Assembly (NCBI RefSeq): GCF_020745735.1
Contig: NC_083435.1
Span: 33,541,231-33,605,230, forward strand
Direction: 5' to 3'
Length of the DNA stretch: 64,000 bases
From: Hemiscyllium ocellatum
Taxonomy: Eukaryota
The notes below the pieces were generated by a model. It was not told the DNA's origin and did no database searches. It was given only the letters and a program-made list of their open reading frames with translations. Of the stretch, positions 63,771 through 64,000 are shown one piece after another. Within the stretch, counting starts at the first letter, position 1, and each line of letters starts with the position of its first letter. Position numbers and translations under genes: made by a program.

Positions 63771-64000
63771 GTTCCTACGTTTCTCTGTGTCAGAATTACT
63801 GGAATGATTTTAAATATATGGACATTGTAGAGGATTATCTATTTTTTGTGGCATGAAGAAAGAATTGGAGGTTTCATTATTGGGCCCTAAAGACTGCATT
63901 CCTTTGTTCTAATTTTGGAATCCATTCCAGCCTTTTCAAACCATATCCAGATTTTCTGAAGTCAGAGTCTGACAACCAGAATGATTTATCCAATTCCTCT

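Noticed and set aside
1-64000. Prokaryotic features (CRISPR arrays, operons), tRNA or rRNA genes
   Set aside because: None seen; tRNA-like A/B boxes belong to SINE heads.

Overview
This is vertebrate genomic DNA from a cartilaginous fish; the HE1-type SINEs, CR1 LINEs, Penelope elements and the MHC sequence suggest a carpet/bamboo-type shark (inference). The right half holds one plus-strand MHC class II alpha-chain gene. Exon 2 (alpha1, 33227-33475), exon 3 (alpha2 Ig-C1, 37994-38275) and exon 4 (connecting peptide/TM/cytoplasmic tail and stop, 50292-50439) are open, in phase and have canonical GT-AG sites. No convincing leader exon was found. The alpha1 helix has Ser in place of both conserved peptide-backbone-binding Asn residues (alpha62 and alpha69), so it may be a non-classical class II alpha. 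The left ~30 kb is a minus-strand tandem array of about five decayed two-exon genes (three clear, two weaker calls) from the shark-expanded GPR139-like class A GPCR family, lying head-to-head with the MHC gene. Two copies sit in a ~7 kb segmental duplication (about 200-7960 vs 23150-29830). The rest is transposon-derived: a Penelope element with an open RT/GIY-YIG frame, short inverted-repeat Penelope derivatives (several keeping minimal hammerhead ribozyme cores), a near full-length CR1 with an esterase-type ORF1, many CR1/L2 fragments, SINEs, a probable solo LTR, a Gypsy remnant and a CA-rich VNTR. All protein comparisons are from recalled family consensus, not database searches, and repeat boundaries are approximate.
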